From: an uncultured virus (IMG/VR IMGVR_UViG_3300006930_000006)
Taxonomy: Duplodnaviria > Heunggongvirae > Uroviricota > Caudoviricetes
Direction: 5' to 3' (one strand)
Length of the DNA: 64,000 bases
IMG/VR virus record: IMGVR_UViG_3300006930_000006
Of the stretch, positions 20,323-33,280 are shown in pieces (the first letter of the stretch is position 1; each line of letters starts with the position of its first letter). The translations under genes were made by a program, and so were the position numbers. Below the pieces are notes generated by a model that was not told the origin of the DNA, made no database searches, and saw only the letters and a program-made list of their open reading frames with translations.

Positions 20323-22349
20323 TTTTCTATTGTTTTTAAGAATTCTATTAGTTCTTCATAAGTTAGATGTTCTTTGACTATTTCGTTCACACTTCTTCCC
20401 TTGATAACATTGTAATATACTTCGGTAGAACTAAAGACTTCCATAACACCAACTTTGAATAATAGAACTTTTGTCAAATAAGAACCATCATCTCTGTATG
20501 CGAAATAAGAATTAACGTCAAACTTTATTTCTTTTCCCAAGCTATTGTTAAGTTTATTCATTAGGTCTCTAGCTAGATCTCCTTCAATAAAGTCTATTTT
20601 AAGATAACAATTATCGCATTCGTTGCAAAGTAATCTATATCTTTTTTGCTCAGCTTCATACTTTTTTAATAGTTCAATGTTCATTATTTTTCCAACTGTT
20701 TTTTCACGAATTCAATCATTTGTTCATAAGTTAGTCCAGAACCTAGCACAGTACCATAATTACCTTTAGTGACACTATAGAATAACGCACCGTCAAAACT
20801 ATCAATTATTTCTACTACACCAACTTTACCAAGGAATATCTTAGTTTCATAATCCCTATTTTCTAATTGTAAATAATAAGACATATTATCAAATTCTAAT
20901 TCTCCACCTAAGTCTTTATTTAGTTTATTGAATAATGCTAGCACAATCTCTTCTTCAAGTTCAGTGCTTTTCTTATGACACTTATTAATTTGTATTTGTA
21001 AGTTGTTGTATTCTTGAAGATTATCTCTATATTTTCTGAATAACTCAATTTCCATTATTCCCCCCAGTCATTGCCTGTTTTAGTTCTGCACCATACTGGC
21101 AATCAGACATCAGTTTATCTATTAGTTGGTCAAAGGTAAGAATACCTTTCTCATCATCATAGTAATTAATAATGCCTTTTTCTATAAAGCAATTTTCAGT
21201 AACCGTAATTATTATAGATCCCATTACTAAACCTATTGTTGTTCTAACATTACAATCATAATGGACAGAACCAAGACCAAGGGGGTTATTAGAAGTAATT
21301 TCAGTATCAGCAATGTCCCAATCTATATCGTAAGTATTACCACGGTCATTTAACGCATTGATTATCCTTTCAAATAGATTAGAAATCAGTAAACGTCGGA
21401 TATCTGGAATAGTATAGCGTGATATACGATATATATGGTCTTTACCATCATAATATACATAACGTTTGGCATCACTAAACCGTTTCTTATTATAATCTCT
21501 TTTGAATAAATTAAACATTTTTACGTCTCTTTCTTTTATCTTCTTGAAATACTTTAATCATATCTATTAACTCTTCATAAGATATGTTTTTATTATAACT
21601 AACTATAATATCAGATTTATTATAAATTACCAAGTCATACGTGATATTATTTAATTTTATATTCTCATCTATTCTATAAGTATCTGTACCAAGCTTAAAC
21701 AGTAATCTTATCTCTGCGTTGCTAATATACTGACAATACCTACGAGTGAATTCTACACATTTAGAATCTTTTAGTTGGGGTATTCCTACGGTTAGTCTCC
21801 GTATTGCATCTTCAACAATATCGTATTCCATACGGGTCTTTTCATCATATAATACTTTTATATTTTTAACCAAAAGCAAATACTTATCTAATTTCTCACG
21901 GTGTTGTTCCATTACTCTTGCTCCTTGCTTTCACATAGCTTTCTTTGGTCCTGTAATACTGCAATTAACTGTTCATAAGTCAAATTAGATTGACATTTAA
22001 TTACATCATTATAAGGTTCACCCGTATAATCACGACCAGTAGTAATAAAAGTTACCCAACCATAAGTTTCTTTATAGTGATTGTCAAGGTCAATCATTTT
22101 TTCTATTCTATATTTTTTATCATCTATATTGAATTGTAGAATAATAAATAGTATTTTTTTATAACTTATATCTATTCCTCTAAGTCGTTCATTTTGCTCT
22201 GCTAACCAGGCAACATCTCTCTTTAACTTTACAACGAAATCATCTATTAGTTCAGATCCAATGCGCCGTTTATCGGTATCCAATTTTAATATATTATTGT
22301 ACAATTCAATATAGTTATCTAGTTTTTCTTGATTTTCCATTTTATTCAC
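20319..22349 (-). other. Tandem array of five paralogous early hypothetical genes
   Basis: Shared C-terminal [LI][TS][YF][ED][EQ][LM]I motif; early promoter at about 22508-22536. Confidence 0.7.
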
Positions 22350-24315
22350 CTATTACCCAGTTTAACGCTTTTATTATACAATTAGAAAGTCTTTCTAGAG
22401 CAGTTTCTGGATCTTCACCAGCATTAACATCTAAAAAGACCCGTTTTATACACTTAAAAGCAATTTGTATTTCATTTAGTTCTAGTTGAGTCATCTTATA
22501 TATCTTTCTTATAACACATTAGACTGATATTGTCAACAATTATTTTAAGTAATTGATTTATTGTTCAATTTCCTTTGGTAGATGTTCTTCCTCTAGTTTT
22601 TTCATTGCAAGAGTTGCTTCTCTGAATAGATTGTCTATAGAATCGTTTTCACGTGTTCTATCCACAAAGACACAAGTATATCTGGTCTTTGTAAAATCTA
22701 TCTTTATAATAATCTTACCTTTGTGTTTTACGTTATAAAGATAAGCTATACAGTACATTTTAATCTGGTTGATGTTATACATTTTCTTTTTCCTTTAGTT
22801 TATTCCAACGTTCTGCTTCCATTGCTTTGTTATGCATTTTAATCCAGTCTTCCACACTTTGGATAGCAGGTTTTAGTCTTTTACACTCACTGGCTGCTAT
22901 AGTCAATAACTTTTTTCTCATATTTTCTAAAGCATAAGATTCGTCCTGGGAGGCACCCCTTGCTAATAGTTCATCTTCAGTCATTATTACTTCTTCGTCA
23001 TAATACGATAATAAGGTATATTTTACCGTATATTTTTCTTTATGTGTTACTAAATCAGTGCAATAACCAACCATACAATCTTTAATGAAATACTTATCTA
23101 ATCTTGAGAATAGATTGACATTGTCTTTTTCAAAGCAACTAACATTTGGTACATAAACATTTCTAGACGGTTTGAATACTATATGTCTACTAATGTCCTC
23201 CCCATAGTTAGTTCCTTTGGCAATGCAATCCCATAATTCATCTACCAGTTTTGGTCTAGTTTCACATTGAATAATCAATCTTTCTTTTAGATCTTTATAC
23301 TGGTGATACCAAGGTAGAGACGGCAAGTCTTCTTTTAATAACCAAAGATTAATATCAGACACTTCAACGACAACTTTATTATAGGTTTTAAGTGCTATTA
23401 GAATCTCTTGTAGAATTATGCCTACTTGCATAGAAGTGGCAGTAATCTTAGATTTATTGATTAACTCATAAGCATTTATGACTTTCTTATCTTCCATTGG
23501 TTAATAATCCTTTCATTTTTGCAATAGCTTCTTCTAATGTATCAAACTCACACTCGTTAACAATATATTGAATAGAAGTTGTGTCATAGGTAACAAACTT
23601 AATTTCTACATTTATAACTGGATTAGATACAATATCAATCGTAATACTGCGATAAGGACCATCAGGGTCTATATCGCTATATTCAATAGTTATATCTTCA
23701 CCAAGCTTTTCCTTAATAATCTTTATAAAAGCATTAATAAGATTGCAGTTATTCTCTGTTGATTTTCTATTAAGTTCACGATATCTTTCTTCTAATGTAT
23801 TATCAACTATAATATAGTCATTTAGTTCTTTTTGCACTTTTTTACCTTTCTAGTATTTAATAATTCTGGTTCTACTACCTTCTCAAATAGATATAAAAAA
23901 GATCCATTGGCAGTATAATGATTCCATTCAAGAATTTCATCACCAAAATAATTATTTGTTTCCCAACACTCAAGACTTAGTTTATGCAATAGAATACTTC
24001 TTTTCTTGGGTTCGTCTTTACAGTTTAGTTGTTTATCAATGTAATCAACACCAGCATCCCTCCAGTCCTTTCCATCCTTAATAGCACTCTTACAAGTTTC
24101 TATCAGTCCAGAAAAGAAAGCATCCAATTTGTGTATCTTTCTCTGTCTAAAGTATTCTCTAATCTTTCTCAGCATCTTGTTCTACTTCCAGTTGAAAATG
24201 AATAAGACTACCTTCGTCAACTCTTTTGACAATCTTATCTTCTGTATGCAGATCTACAATAAAGTTATAGATTGAGATATCATTGGTTAGATCTACCGTC
24301 TTTTCTAGAATATAT

Positions 24316-25389
24316 CTACTCATCTTTTTCCCCCAGTAAATACTTATTACTAATTACCTTGAAGGATTCTGCCCCAGTCATTGACTTAAAGACAACTCCT
24401 TCTTGTAAAACCATTTTGCCGTTATCAGGTCTTTTGAATTCCCCCTCGGCAAACTTCATAGTTTCTTCAAAACTGGTTAGCATATTATCAAGTCTTAAGT
24501 TATTGTCAACTTCAAACTTATCTGCATTAATATAACCAATAATTGGAACGTGTTCTAATCTAAGAGTATTATCTACTTGTACATTGTTTAGATATTGCAT
24601 TACAACACCTCTTTCTAATGGATTTAAGTATTCAAATCTATCAATATCAAAGATATTATATACATAGAAAGCTAATTCATAAAGTCCTTCTGGATTGCTT
24701 TGAATACCAGGACCACATAGTTCACCTTGTAAAGCTATGTTCTTTCCATAAGCACGAAGACGCTCTATAATACCATACTTCTTTACTGGGTAGCCATACT
24801 TGCCGGAATCTTCTGGATTGTACTTTAGTTCTATGTTCCTTGAGCATAAACCAAACTCACCATCTTTCAAATAATATGTAGCAGAAGAACCGTCCATCTT
24901 ACGTGTAATTTCATAAGCATCTAACTTATTGATTTTACTATATAAATTCTGCAATCTTTCACAATCTGAGCGTCTAAGAAAGCTAGGGAATAAGCTCTTT
25001 GCATTTTCTTGACCACTGATTTTAATGTATGGCTCATATAAACTAACACCAAGTTGCTCGGCCAGATCCTTAGTATAATCTAATTCTGGAAACTGATTTA
25101 CTGGTAAAGCTAATCCTTGTGAGATCTGTCCTTTTAGTTTAATTGTTTTAAGTCTATGACCACGAATACCATTGTTGAGTTTAATACCAGCTTTCATAAT
25201 AAAAGCAAATCTTGGTTCTGTCTCTGGTAGAAAAGAATCTATCTCAAAGTATAGACAATCATCCCCAACTTTGAAATCATCTTTATTAACTACGCAATAC
25301 CATTGTTCGACCTTGGCTTTTACAATTCTGTCTGCTCCTGGAATTGGTTCCAGAGCATCAATTTTACGCAAAGAAACTAATTGTCTCAT
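24316..25389 (-). CDS. ATP-dependent RNA ligase (DRB0094/Rnl5-like)
   Basis: N-terminal IPGADRI/YFEIDS/GQISQGL domain; KMDGSS, LQGELCG, EGVVFK, FKVISNKYLL. Confidence 0.9.
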   Translation of the reverse strand: MRQLVSLRKIDALEPIPGADRIVKAKVEQWYCVVNKDDFKVGDDCLYFEIDSFLPETEPRFAFIMKAGIKLNNGIRGHRLKTIKLKGQISQGLALPVNQFPELDYTKDLAEQLGVSLYEPYIKISGQENAKSLFPSFLRRSDCERLQNLYSKINKLDAYEITRKMDGSSATYYLKDGEFGLCSRNIELKYNPEDSGKYGYPVKKYGIIERLRAYGKNIALQGELCGPGIQSNPEGLYELAFYVYNIFDIDRFEYLNPLERGVVMQYLNNVQVDNTLRLEHVPIIGYINADKFEVDNNLRLDNMLTSFEETMKFAEGEFKRPDNGKMVLQEGVVFKSMTGAESFKVISNKYLLGEKDE

Positions 25390-25896
25390 ATTATAATCCT
25401 TTCTTTATTTTCTGTTACCTTCTAAAAACTTATATAATTGTTTTATTGACTTTACAACATATTTTTTATTATTTTCTTCTATTATATAATCGGGCTCCTC
25501 ATATAACCACCAGTAAATCAAATCACCACAAGCGAAATGCTCTGACATATAATCTATAATAGTACACGCTAAATCGGATCCAAGTTCCACTACAAAATGT
25601 CCATCACACATATCCTCAGACATAACTTTCTGAATATTACGTTGCTTGGTATGCAGTTTCTGTATTTCGGTAATGATACTTTCAAATTGCTTATAGTTCA
25701 TCTTTAGTGCCTTTCATTTTATCGGTGTAAAGATCTAAGTATTCAGCAGAAGATAGCATAATTGGACTATCTAGTGGTTTTGATGTTGTTGTATAGTATT
25801 CTTTCTCTTTATACTTTGCTAGTTCTGCTTCAAGTTTCTTTATCTTTTCATTTAAGTTATTGATTATATAATGATAATTCAATTCGTCCATAGTCT

Positions 25897-26736
25897 TTAC
25901 TCCCCAGTTGGTAGAATCGTGTAATCAATGAAAGCTTTATTATTGTTACTATAGATAACAGTATGCTCTGTTCCACCATACTTTTTGTCTTCTCTAATAT
26001 AGTAAGATCTGTGGTTCTTATTAATATCAGAAAATGCAACAATTTCACCAGTAAATACAAATTGCCCTTCATTTTTATAACAAATAACGGTTCTGCCTAT
26101 TGTAAAATCATCACGATTTGGTAATTCTGAATACTTCAGAATCTCTATATCTTTATAAGCAATAGCTATTGTGCTTATATTATTCTTAAGATCTCTATAA
26201 ATCATAAACACTGTTGAAGAAGCAGGGTATTTGTTAGTTATAATACCAAGCTGCCCAGTTTTTCTATCACGTATAATAGTTCCAAGTTTAATATCATCAA
26301 CATAGTAGACACTTGGTGGTAATGGTTTCCCACAGTTTTCTTTTTCCTTATATAATGGATTTAGTTTTGGATCCGTGTACATTTCTGGAACTTTTAGACC
26401 AGGTGATTTTGGTCTATCATCTTCACCAACACCTCTTAGAGTAAATGCACGCAAAGCTATAGCATTGAATATAACAGCATCTAAATGGTGCCCGTGTGGA
26501 TGTATAGGATCGTTATCCTCACCACACCACCATAAAGTAAGATGTCTCAATAAAGCCGCATAAGCTCTACCATATCTCCAACCATTTTCCCAGTTTCGGT
26601 CTTCATACTTCGCAGCACCTTCAGTGTAAGTCCTTGATAATGAAGTAATAACGTCCATCGGAAGCAAGTCCATACGAACTTTATCCTTATCGTCTTTCAC
26701 TGCACCTTTTTTAATGTCATAATTATCTTTTACCAT
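25897..26736 (-). CDS. dATP/dGTP diphosphohydrolase-like domain (DUF5664) with C-terminal extension
   Basis: KDDKDKVRMDLLP, GAAKYEDRNWENG, ALLRHL, HLDAVIFNA; likely start 26736. Confidence 0.8.
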   Translation of the reverse strand: MVKDNYDIKKGAVKDDKDKVRMDLLPMDVITSLSRTYTEGAAKYEDRNWENGWRYGRAYAALLRHLTLWWCGEDNDPIHPHGHHLDAVIFNAIALRAFTLRGVGEDDRPKSPGLKVPEMYTDPKLNPLYKEKENCGKPLPPSVYYVDDIKLGTIIRDRKTGQLGIITNKYPASSTVFMIYRDLKNNISTIAIAYKDIEILKYSELPNRDDFTIGRTVICYKNEGQFVFTGEIVAFSDINKNHRSYYIREDKKYGGTEHTVIYSNNNKAFIDYTILPTGE

Positions 26737-28176
26737 ACTATTCCCCATACTAATAATAAAATAATAACACACATAACCCCACCAGCAATATATGCACCAA
26801 GCTTAAAGTTATTAAACTTTTTTGATAGTTTGTTATATAATTTTGATGAAGTATCAATTTGATTGTCTATAAAGTTATTCAATCTCTTTATTTCATTCTT
26901 GTAAGTATACTCTAATGTGCCCTTTTCATATTCAAACTTTTTATCTAGCTTTTCCTTATAACGATTAATTGCATCTATAACTGTAGCAGCTTCACCAGCA
27001 GATTTCTTACGTAATATAGCATCGCTTGGATAGTAGTCTGGCATATTACTATCAAATAGTTTTTCCTTTGCAGGTTCATCAATTAAATCACAAAACTTAA
27101 TAATGTTCAGTAATTCAAACAATTTATTTTTAACAATAGTACAGTTATTGTTTGCTTCATTATATTTTTGAGAGTAATAATGTATAGAACTATCTTTTTT
27201 TAAGATAATATCTTTCATCTCAGCTTTATGTGCAGTTGTTAGACTTTCCTCAAGTATATCATACTTTTTCTTTAAAGCTGTATACCTATCTTGATAATCA
27301 CTTTTAACAACCATAATATAATCCTTTCTTAGAATAGAAAACTAAAGAAAATGCCAGCACTTACTGGTAAAATAAAACGTAAGAATACTGTTTTAATAAT
27401 GAATAGTTGGTGTTCACTAACAGATAACTTATGAATAATCTTGTTCTGATGTTCAATTAACTTTTCAGCTTCGTATACACGTTGCTTTAGATTCTCATAA
27501 ACTTCTTCCAATCCGTTATCTTCTTTTACGATCTTTTTTGGTCTACCCATTGTTTAGTTCCTTCCATTTGTTTATTAGAGTTGTAATACATAATACAAAA
27601 TCTTTATTCTGTAGCACTTCCGAGACAGATATACTTTCTGTTCTGTCTTCATACTTACACATATACAACCTATTATTAGAAATGTCAATAACAATCTTTA
27701 AGTCATTGTTTTCTATATAATTAAATTGTTCTTCTGATAAGTGTAGTTTCAAAGAATACGGTAATCTTGGATAGTCTGGCTTTCTTATCCAGCATTCCAA
27801 GCTACGAGTATTATCTTTTACCATTATAAAGTTCCTTGATGTATTCCTTACGGGCTAGAAGCTTCTTTGCTTCTCTTTCTTGCTCGGTTAAGTTTTCTTT
27901 ATCAATTTGCTTTAAGTCATTGATTAGTTTATTAAATAGTTCTTTCATTTTAAGTCTCCTTTTAGACATCTTTTGATTACTTCTTCCTCTTGTGGACAAC
28001 CATCACCAGAATCATTCCATTCAATAGCTTTAGCTGCTTTGGCAACCAAAAATAGGTGGTCACAAAATTGTTGTCTTAATTCTCTACTTGCACAATGACA
28101 ATCACCAGATAGTTTTATCTCGTGAGTTAGTATCACTATCTTTTCCCAAGCACGGTCATAATATCCACCACTCATT

Positions 28177-28689
28177 TTAATTTTCCTCTATCAATTCTGG
28201 ATTTTCGTGTATATTGCCGATTATTTCAAATGTTCTTTCTGTGCCGCAATTTGCTTCAGGTAATATAAATCCACTTATATGATTAGGACTAACTACCCAT
28301 CTAATGTGATGCAGTTCGTTAATTTCTTTATTTTCTCCGCACATAGGTCTATAAATTCCTTTTTCAAGTAAAATATCACCTTCGTAAATAAGTCTATCAT
28401 TTTTGTCCTTAAGACCGGTGCATTGTTCAATACAATCAGGTTCTAATGAGCAATAATCGAAATTATCACCTATAGAATTATCATCCAAGTAATCAATTAT
28501 CTCTTCAAGTTGGTCTCCTGTTAGTCCTAATTTTAATAATTTGTCTTTAGCAAATTCTTTGAAAAATACAACCACTCCGTAACCATCTATTGCAAGATTT
28601 TCTATATAGAAACCAACTTCTTTTTCATCACCATCATCTGTTGTATATGAAGCAGTAAACCAAGCACGAAACTTAAATCTATCACTCAT
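28177..28689 (-). CDS. YopX family protein
   Basis: FKFRAW, EQCTGLKDKN..LIYEGDI, EIIGNIHENPEL. Confidence 0.9.
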   Translation of the reverse strand: MSDRFKFRAWFTASYTTDDGDEKEVGFYIENLAIDGYGVVVFFKEFAKDKLLKLGLTGDQLEEIIDYLDDNSIGDNFDYCSLEPDCIEQCTGLKDKNDRLIYEGDILLEKGIYRPMCGENKEINELHHIRWVVSPNHISGFILPEANCGTERTFEIIGNIHENPELIEEN

Positions 28690-31268
28690 TTTCTTTTACT
28701 CCTCCAATCTTTCTCGTCTTGCTTGTATCGTATCAGTTGTAATAATTGCTTCTTTTTCAAAATCAAATAAATTGACACGCAATGAATCGTTCAAGTCATA
28801 ATCATAAGAGCAGCGTTTACGTATTTTACATAGACCAACAATATAATCATCTTTGGAAATATAATTTATATTATACTCATTTTCTTTATAAAAAACTATG
28901 TGTCCATATAATACTTTCGTCAATTCCTTAAATAATTCTTCCTTTTGTTTGATAATATCTTGCTCCTTAGCATAGAGTTCTTTAAGACTTTCATTTAATT
29001 TATAGTCAATGGCAATCGTCTCAGGTTCTTCTTTTGGAAGTGCCTTTTTACTTAAACATTTATCACATATCCAATCAGTGCATTCCTCTTCTTTCTTGGC
29101 TCTTTGCTCTAATCTTTCAGTTAGTTCTTTATTTTTCTCAACACCAAGACCAGTATGCCACCAGTCAGACATTGTCCTTTTATATTTTTTATGACACTCG
29201 CAACAGGTCAACTTATAATCTACCTTAGTAGTAGAACCACTGAAGTTTGTTCTTTGAATTATAGTATTCATTTTAATTTTCCTTTTCTCTTCTTGTCTCT
29301 GTAGTATCATTAGTAATAATCAATTCTTTGTTCATATCAGCAATCTTTATTTCTAATGGCTGGTCATCCGTACCTATCCAAGGAAATCTCATTAATAAAA
29401 CTGAGTAAGTATCCTTATCAAATCCACTTATTGTATATTCTTTTTCTTTATAGAGAACTATTCGTCCAGTAAACTTATTATGAAGTTCTTTAAGTACTCC
29501 ATCTCTTTCTTTATGAATTTCTTCATTTTTGATACGTATTGCTTCTACCTTGTTTAATAATTCATCTGGAACGGTACTAACAGGAATACAACCTATTTTT
29601 ACCCATTTGCAAGCACAATATGTCATTTTCTTTTATTCCTTTCTTGCTAGATTTTCTAGCATTGTTTTGAAACTATCTGTCATTTCCGTAATTAAATTGC
29701 AAGAGTCAAAATGTTTTTCCATTGCTTTTTTCAAACTTTCTTTAGCAAGTGCAATAGTTTCTGGTTCTTTACATAACTTTTTAGCTAATTCATATCCAGG
29801 ACGTTCTTCTCTGTCATACTTATCTGGCACAGAAAATAGATGAAAAAAATAAGAATCCTGCTTGCAAATAGCTTGGATTATATTCTGCTCCATCTTTTCT
29901 TTCATATCCGGATGTTCCTTCAGAAAGACATTACACATACTTTGCATTTGATAATACATATAGTTAGATAAATACTTATCCAAGTTATCTTCAAAGAACT
30001 TTTTTAACTGGCAAGCAAATTGATTTCTAATACCTTGCTTTAAGTCTTCCTCTGATATAAAATTGGCCATATCCCCTAAATCTACAGTTATTTTGATTTC
30101 AGTCATTGTTTATTCTCCATTTGATTGTTTTTCTAATGCAAGTCGTGCTTTTAATGCTGAGATAATTTCATTTCCGAATCTTTCCGCTAATACTCTTGAC
30201 CTACGAGCAGTAAGTTTTTCTGCTAATTCTTTTACAAGTGTCACTTCGGCTTTATATCTATGATTGTCGGCTATATCAGTATATTCAAATTCATAACGAA
30301 GAAACCTATCTCTTTCTACTCTTGTTTTCCCTAAAAAGGTTGCCCGGCAAATATGCCCAGTGTGTTGGTTATAATAAAACACATCGTCATATTTTTTGTA
30401 TTCTTCTATACTCATTTTGATACTCCTAATGCTATAAGATAAACCGGTGTTATTAGTAATAATGAAAAAAACAATGATATAATATGAGCTGCAAGTATAC
30501 CCAATAACAGTTCTTTAGGAGTCTCACATTTTTTATAATCACCACTATTAATACAACCAAAAACAAGCATCGCAGTTATAACACTTTCACTAATCAATAC
30601 ATAATATAAGTAAGTTTCAAACGGTATCATAGCCTTATTCCTTTCTATATAAACAACATTATAATTAAACATACTACAACTAAACTTAGATTAAGAGAAA
30701 CTAATCCATTAGCAAATGTATGCTCAACTGGATCGTCATAACTAGTAACCTTTGCTAGTATTAGTTGCAAAATCAATGCGATAGTTGCTAGGATATTAGT
30801 TGCCAAACAAGTATCGCAAAGAATGATAAACAGTGATAAAATCAATATAGCTATATCAATTAAGTAATTATCTATCTTATTCATTATCCACCTTTACTTT
30901 TATATTTCTCATTGTATATTCAATCTTCCAATCAGGTAAATCACAATTAATATCCATAGCTAACATATAATCAGCTTCTAACTTTTCTGCCAGTTTCTCA
31001 CGTAGTTCTTTTACTGTACTAAATTGAGTATCATAAAAATAATCACAACTAGCAAAATCATAATTGCCTACATAATACTTGCCAGTATCTTTATCATATA
31101 ATACCTCTATTCTGGTACTTGGTGATAAGATAAAAGTAAGATTAGGCAGAATTCTTACCTGACCAATTTTACGTCGTTTTAATGTTTTCTTTTTCATAAT
31201 ATATTCCTTTTTGTGTAGGGTTACACCAAAAACTCATTTCACCGCACTGAAATCGTAAATAAAGTGGT

Positions 31269-31802
31269 CTAGTGTGCGTTCTTTCCAGCTACCTTCGATA
31301 CCAGACAGGTCTTATAATACATCTTTAGTCGTTCTGCTTGTCTAGATTCTTCAGTAGATTCAATATCAAAATGTAAAAATAGTCTGTAAGTGGTTTCTGC
31401 TTCAACTAAGTCCTCTGGAAAGTCAGCAGCACTAGTAAGCTTTTTAGTATATGTAATTCTGATTGGTAATTCATTAGTTTCAAAAGTATCAATATAAACA
31501 TAACCATTTGAAATTGTGTAGTTATGTGGATAATTTGTTTTGGTATCTACATTGTCTACTTTGGTTAGTGTTCTACCACCACAAGATACTGATAGAATAG
31601 TTCCAACATCATTAGTAAGTTGTACACTATTCATAAAACCTTCTATTGTTTTGGTTAGAAAAGGCCAATTATAGTTATTATATAGCCCTTTTAAGGACTC
31701 ATTAAGTTTGGTTTCTACTAATCCTGGTGTGCAAATATCAGATTTGTTGCAGTATTGTAGGGTATCATTTAATTTTTTATTAAGTTTTTCAATTAGTTGC
31801 AT
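31269..31802 (-). CDS. Second divergent podovirus-type adaptor-like homologue
   Basis: LNESL..LY..YNWPFL, LSV, PHNYTI..GYVYI, IRITY, FPEDLV pattern; SD-preceded start at 31802. Confidence 0.45.
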   Translation of the reverse strand: MQLIEKLNKKLNDTLQYCNKSDICTPGLVETKLNESLKGLYNNYNWPFLTKTIEGFMNSVQLTNDVGTILSVSCGGRTLTKVDNVDTKTNYPHNYTISNGYVYIDTFETNELPIRITYTKKLTSAADFPEDLVEAETTYRLFLHFDIESTEESRQAERLKMYYKTCLVSKVAGKNAH

Positions 31803-32016
31803 AATATATTCCTTTTCTATGTTATTAAAAATCACGTGGTTTAAGTTCATCTGGAAATATAGTTAAGTACCTTTTTCCATTAATTGTATTGTAAGAGAAT
31901 TGTCCTAAGTCATAGAAACTAACACCGTTTTCACCATCACATATTGCAACATCAGTGTCGTCTGGATATTGTTTTAATTGCCTTAATAATTCTGATACTT
32001 TCATTTTAGTTCCTTG

Positions 32017-32430
32017 TTATACGATATGTTTAAATGTATGATAAGTTGCAGGGTCACACATTTTAATGATTGTTTTTTCAGGATTAGGAGGTACTTCACG
32101 CCTGTATCTACGTTCTGTTAGCTTTAAAAATAGTTTTTCGTCTACACCAACATATCTTGCGTACTTATTATTATCACGGTCAATATACACTGTTATATTT
32201 GAATCGCAGGTCACCCGTGTTAGTAATACAGTTTTCTTTTTATCAATACCACCAGTATGAGTAATAAACTTTGATACATCAGTATTCAAATTATTCATCA
32301 TAGTATTATAATCTTCTTTAGATAGATGTATGCGGCTAACAGTTTGATACTTAGTTATATTATAAGTTGGTGTATCTATAAGTTTATTCAAAAAATCTTC
32401 TAAATTAAGTGGTGCCGAAACAATGCGCAT
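32017..32430 (-). CDS. DUF6329-like hypothetical protein (paralogue of 15765..16115)
   Basis: LSKEDY...GG...VYID....YARYVG motif. Confidence 0.5.
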   Translation of the reverse strand: MRIVSAPLNLEDFLNKLIDTPTYNITKYQTVSRIHLSKEDYNTMMNNLNTDVSKFITHTGGIDKKKTVLLTRVTCDSNITVYIDRDNNKYARYVGVDEKLFLKLTERRYRREVPPNPEKTIIKMCDPATYHTFKHIV

Positions 32431-32980
32431 TTTACCCTCTTTATATTCCTGGGGAGGTTTTTACGCCTCCCCATATTGTTCTTACCAGTGAATTAAACAA
32501 TATAATAAAATAATAACAATGGAAATCATTGCAAATGCATCTGTCAAAAATTCCCAGTTAATACTTTTTTTAGGTTTTCTATATAACATTTTAGGTTCTC
32601 CCTCGTAGTTTTTTGTTTTACAATACAACCTTGTATTGCTTATAGTCATTAATATACACTATTTCAAAAATAAGTCAACAACTATTTTCAATTATTTTAT
32701 TAAGTCTTTGATTTTGCAAACAAGTTTTTTTCATTTGCTGGGATTTGATTGATTTCTATAACACTTTTGATTTCGGGGAACGTAAACTTTCTAAATGCAT
32801 CAAGTCCATCAATATCAATAATTTGATTAACATAACCAAGACTAACTATTTTACTACGAAGTTCCATTGGATAAGTGTTATAGACATTATTAACAGCTTT
32901 TCGCAAAGCTATTTTTTCCTCTGGTGTTTCGTTTTTGTATGTTATTCTAAAATTAAAGTATTTCATTGTTTTTTCACATA

Positions 32981-33011
32981 AAAAAAGGTCCGGCACTTTT
33001 GATACCGGACC
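32981..33011 (-). terminator. Intrinsic terminator
   Basis: GGTCCGG...CCGGACC stem followed by a T run on the minus strand. Confidence 0.75.
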
Positions 33012-33034
33012 CGTCTCTTAGGAAGACTAATAGT

Positions 33035-33280
33035 TTAGTATCTCATTGCAGCTAATCTTTTAATATCAGCCAATGTATACGATTTGTTAGGACCAACTCT
33101 GACAACTTTGGTAAAAGTAAATTCTCTTAACCAAGTTTTTTGATAGAAAGTTTTAATTGCAATACCTAAAAGATTTGCACAATCTTTAGTTGCATAAAAC
33201 TTTTGTTTATTCTTGGTTGCTAATGGGCTCATTGATTGAGCACGCTCTACCATACGTTTTGTCATTAAGTTATTTTTCAT
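33035..33280 (-). CDS. Small HTH DNA-binding protein
   Basis: YATKDCANLLGIAIKTFY helix-turn-helix-like segment; own early promoter. Confidence 0.5.
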   Translation of the reverse strand: MKNNLMTKRMVERAQSMSPLATKNKQKFYATKDCANLLGIAIKTFYQKTWLREFTFTKVVRVGPNKSYTLADIKRLAAMRY

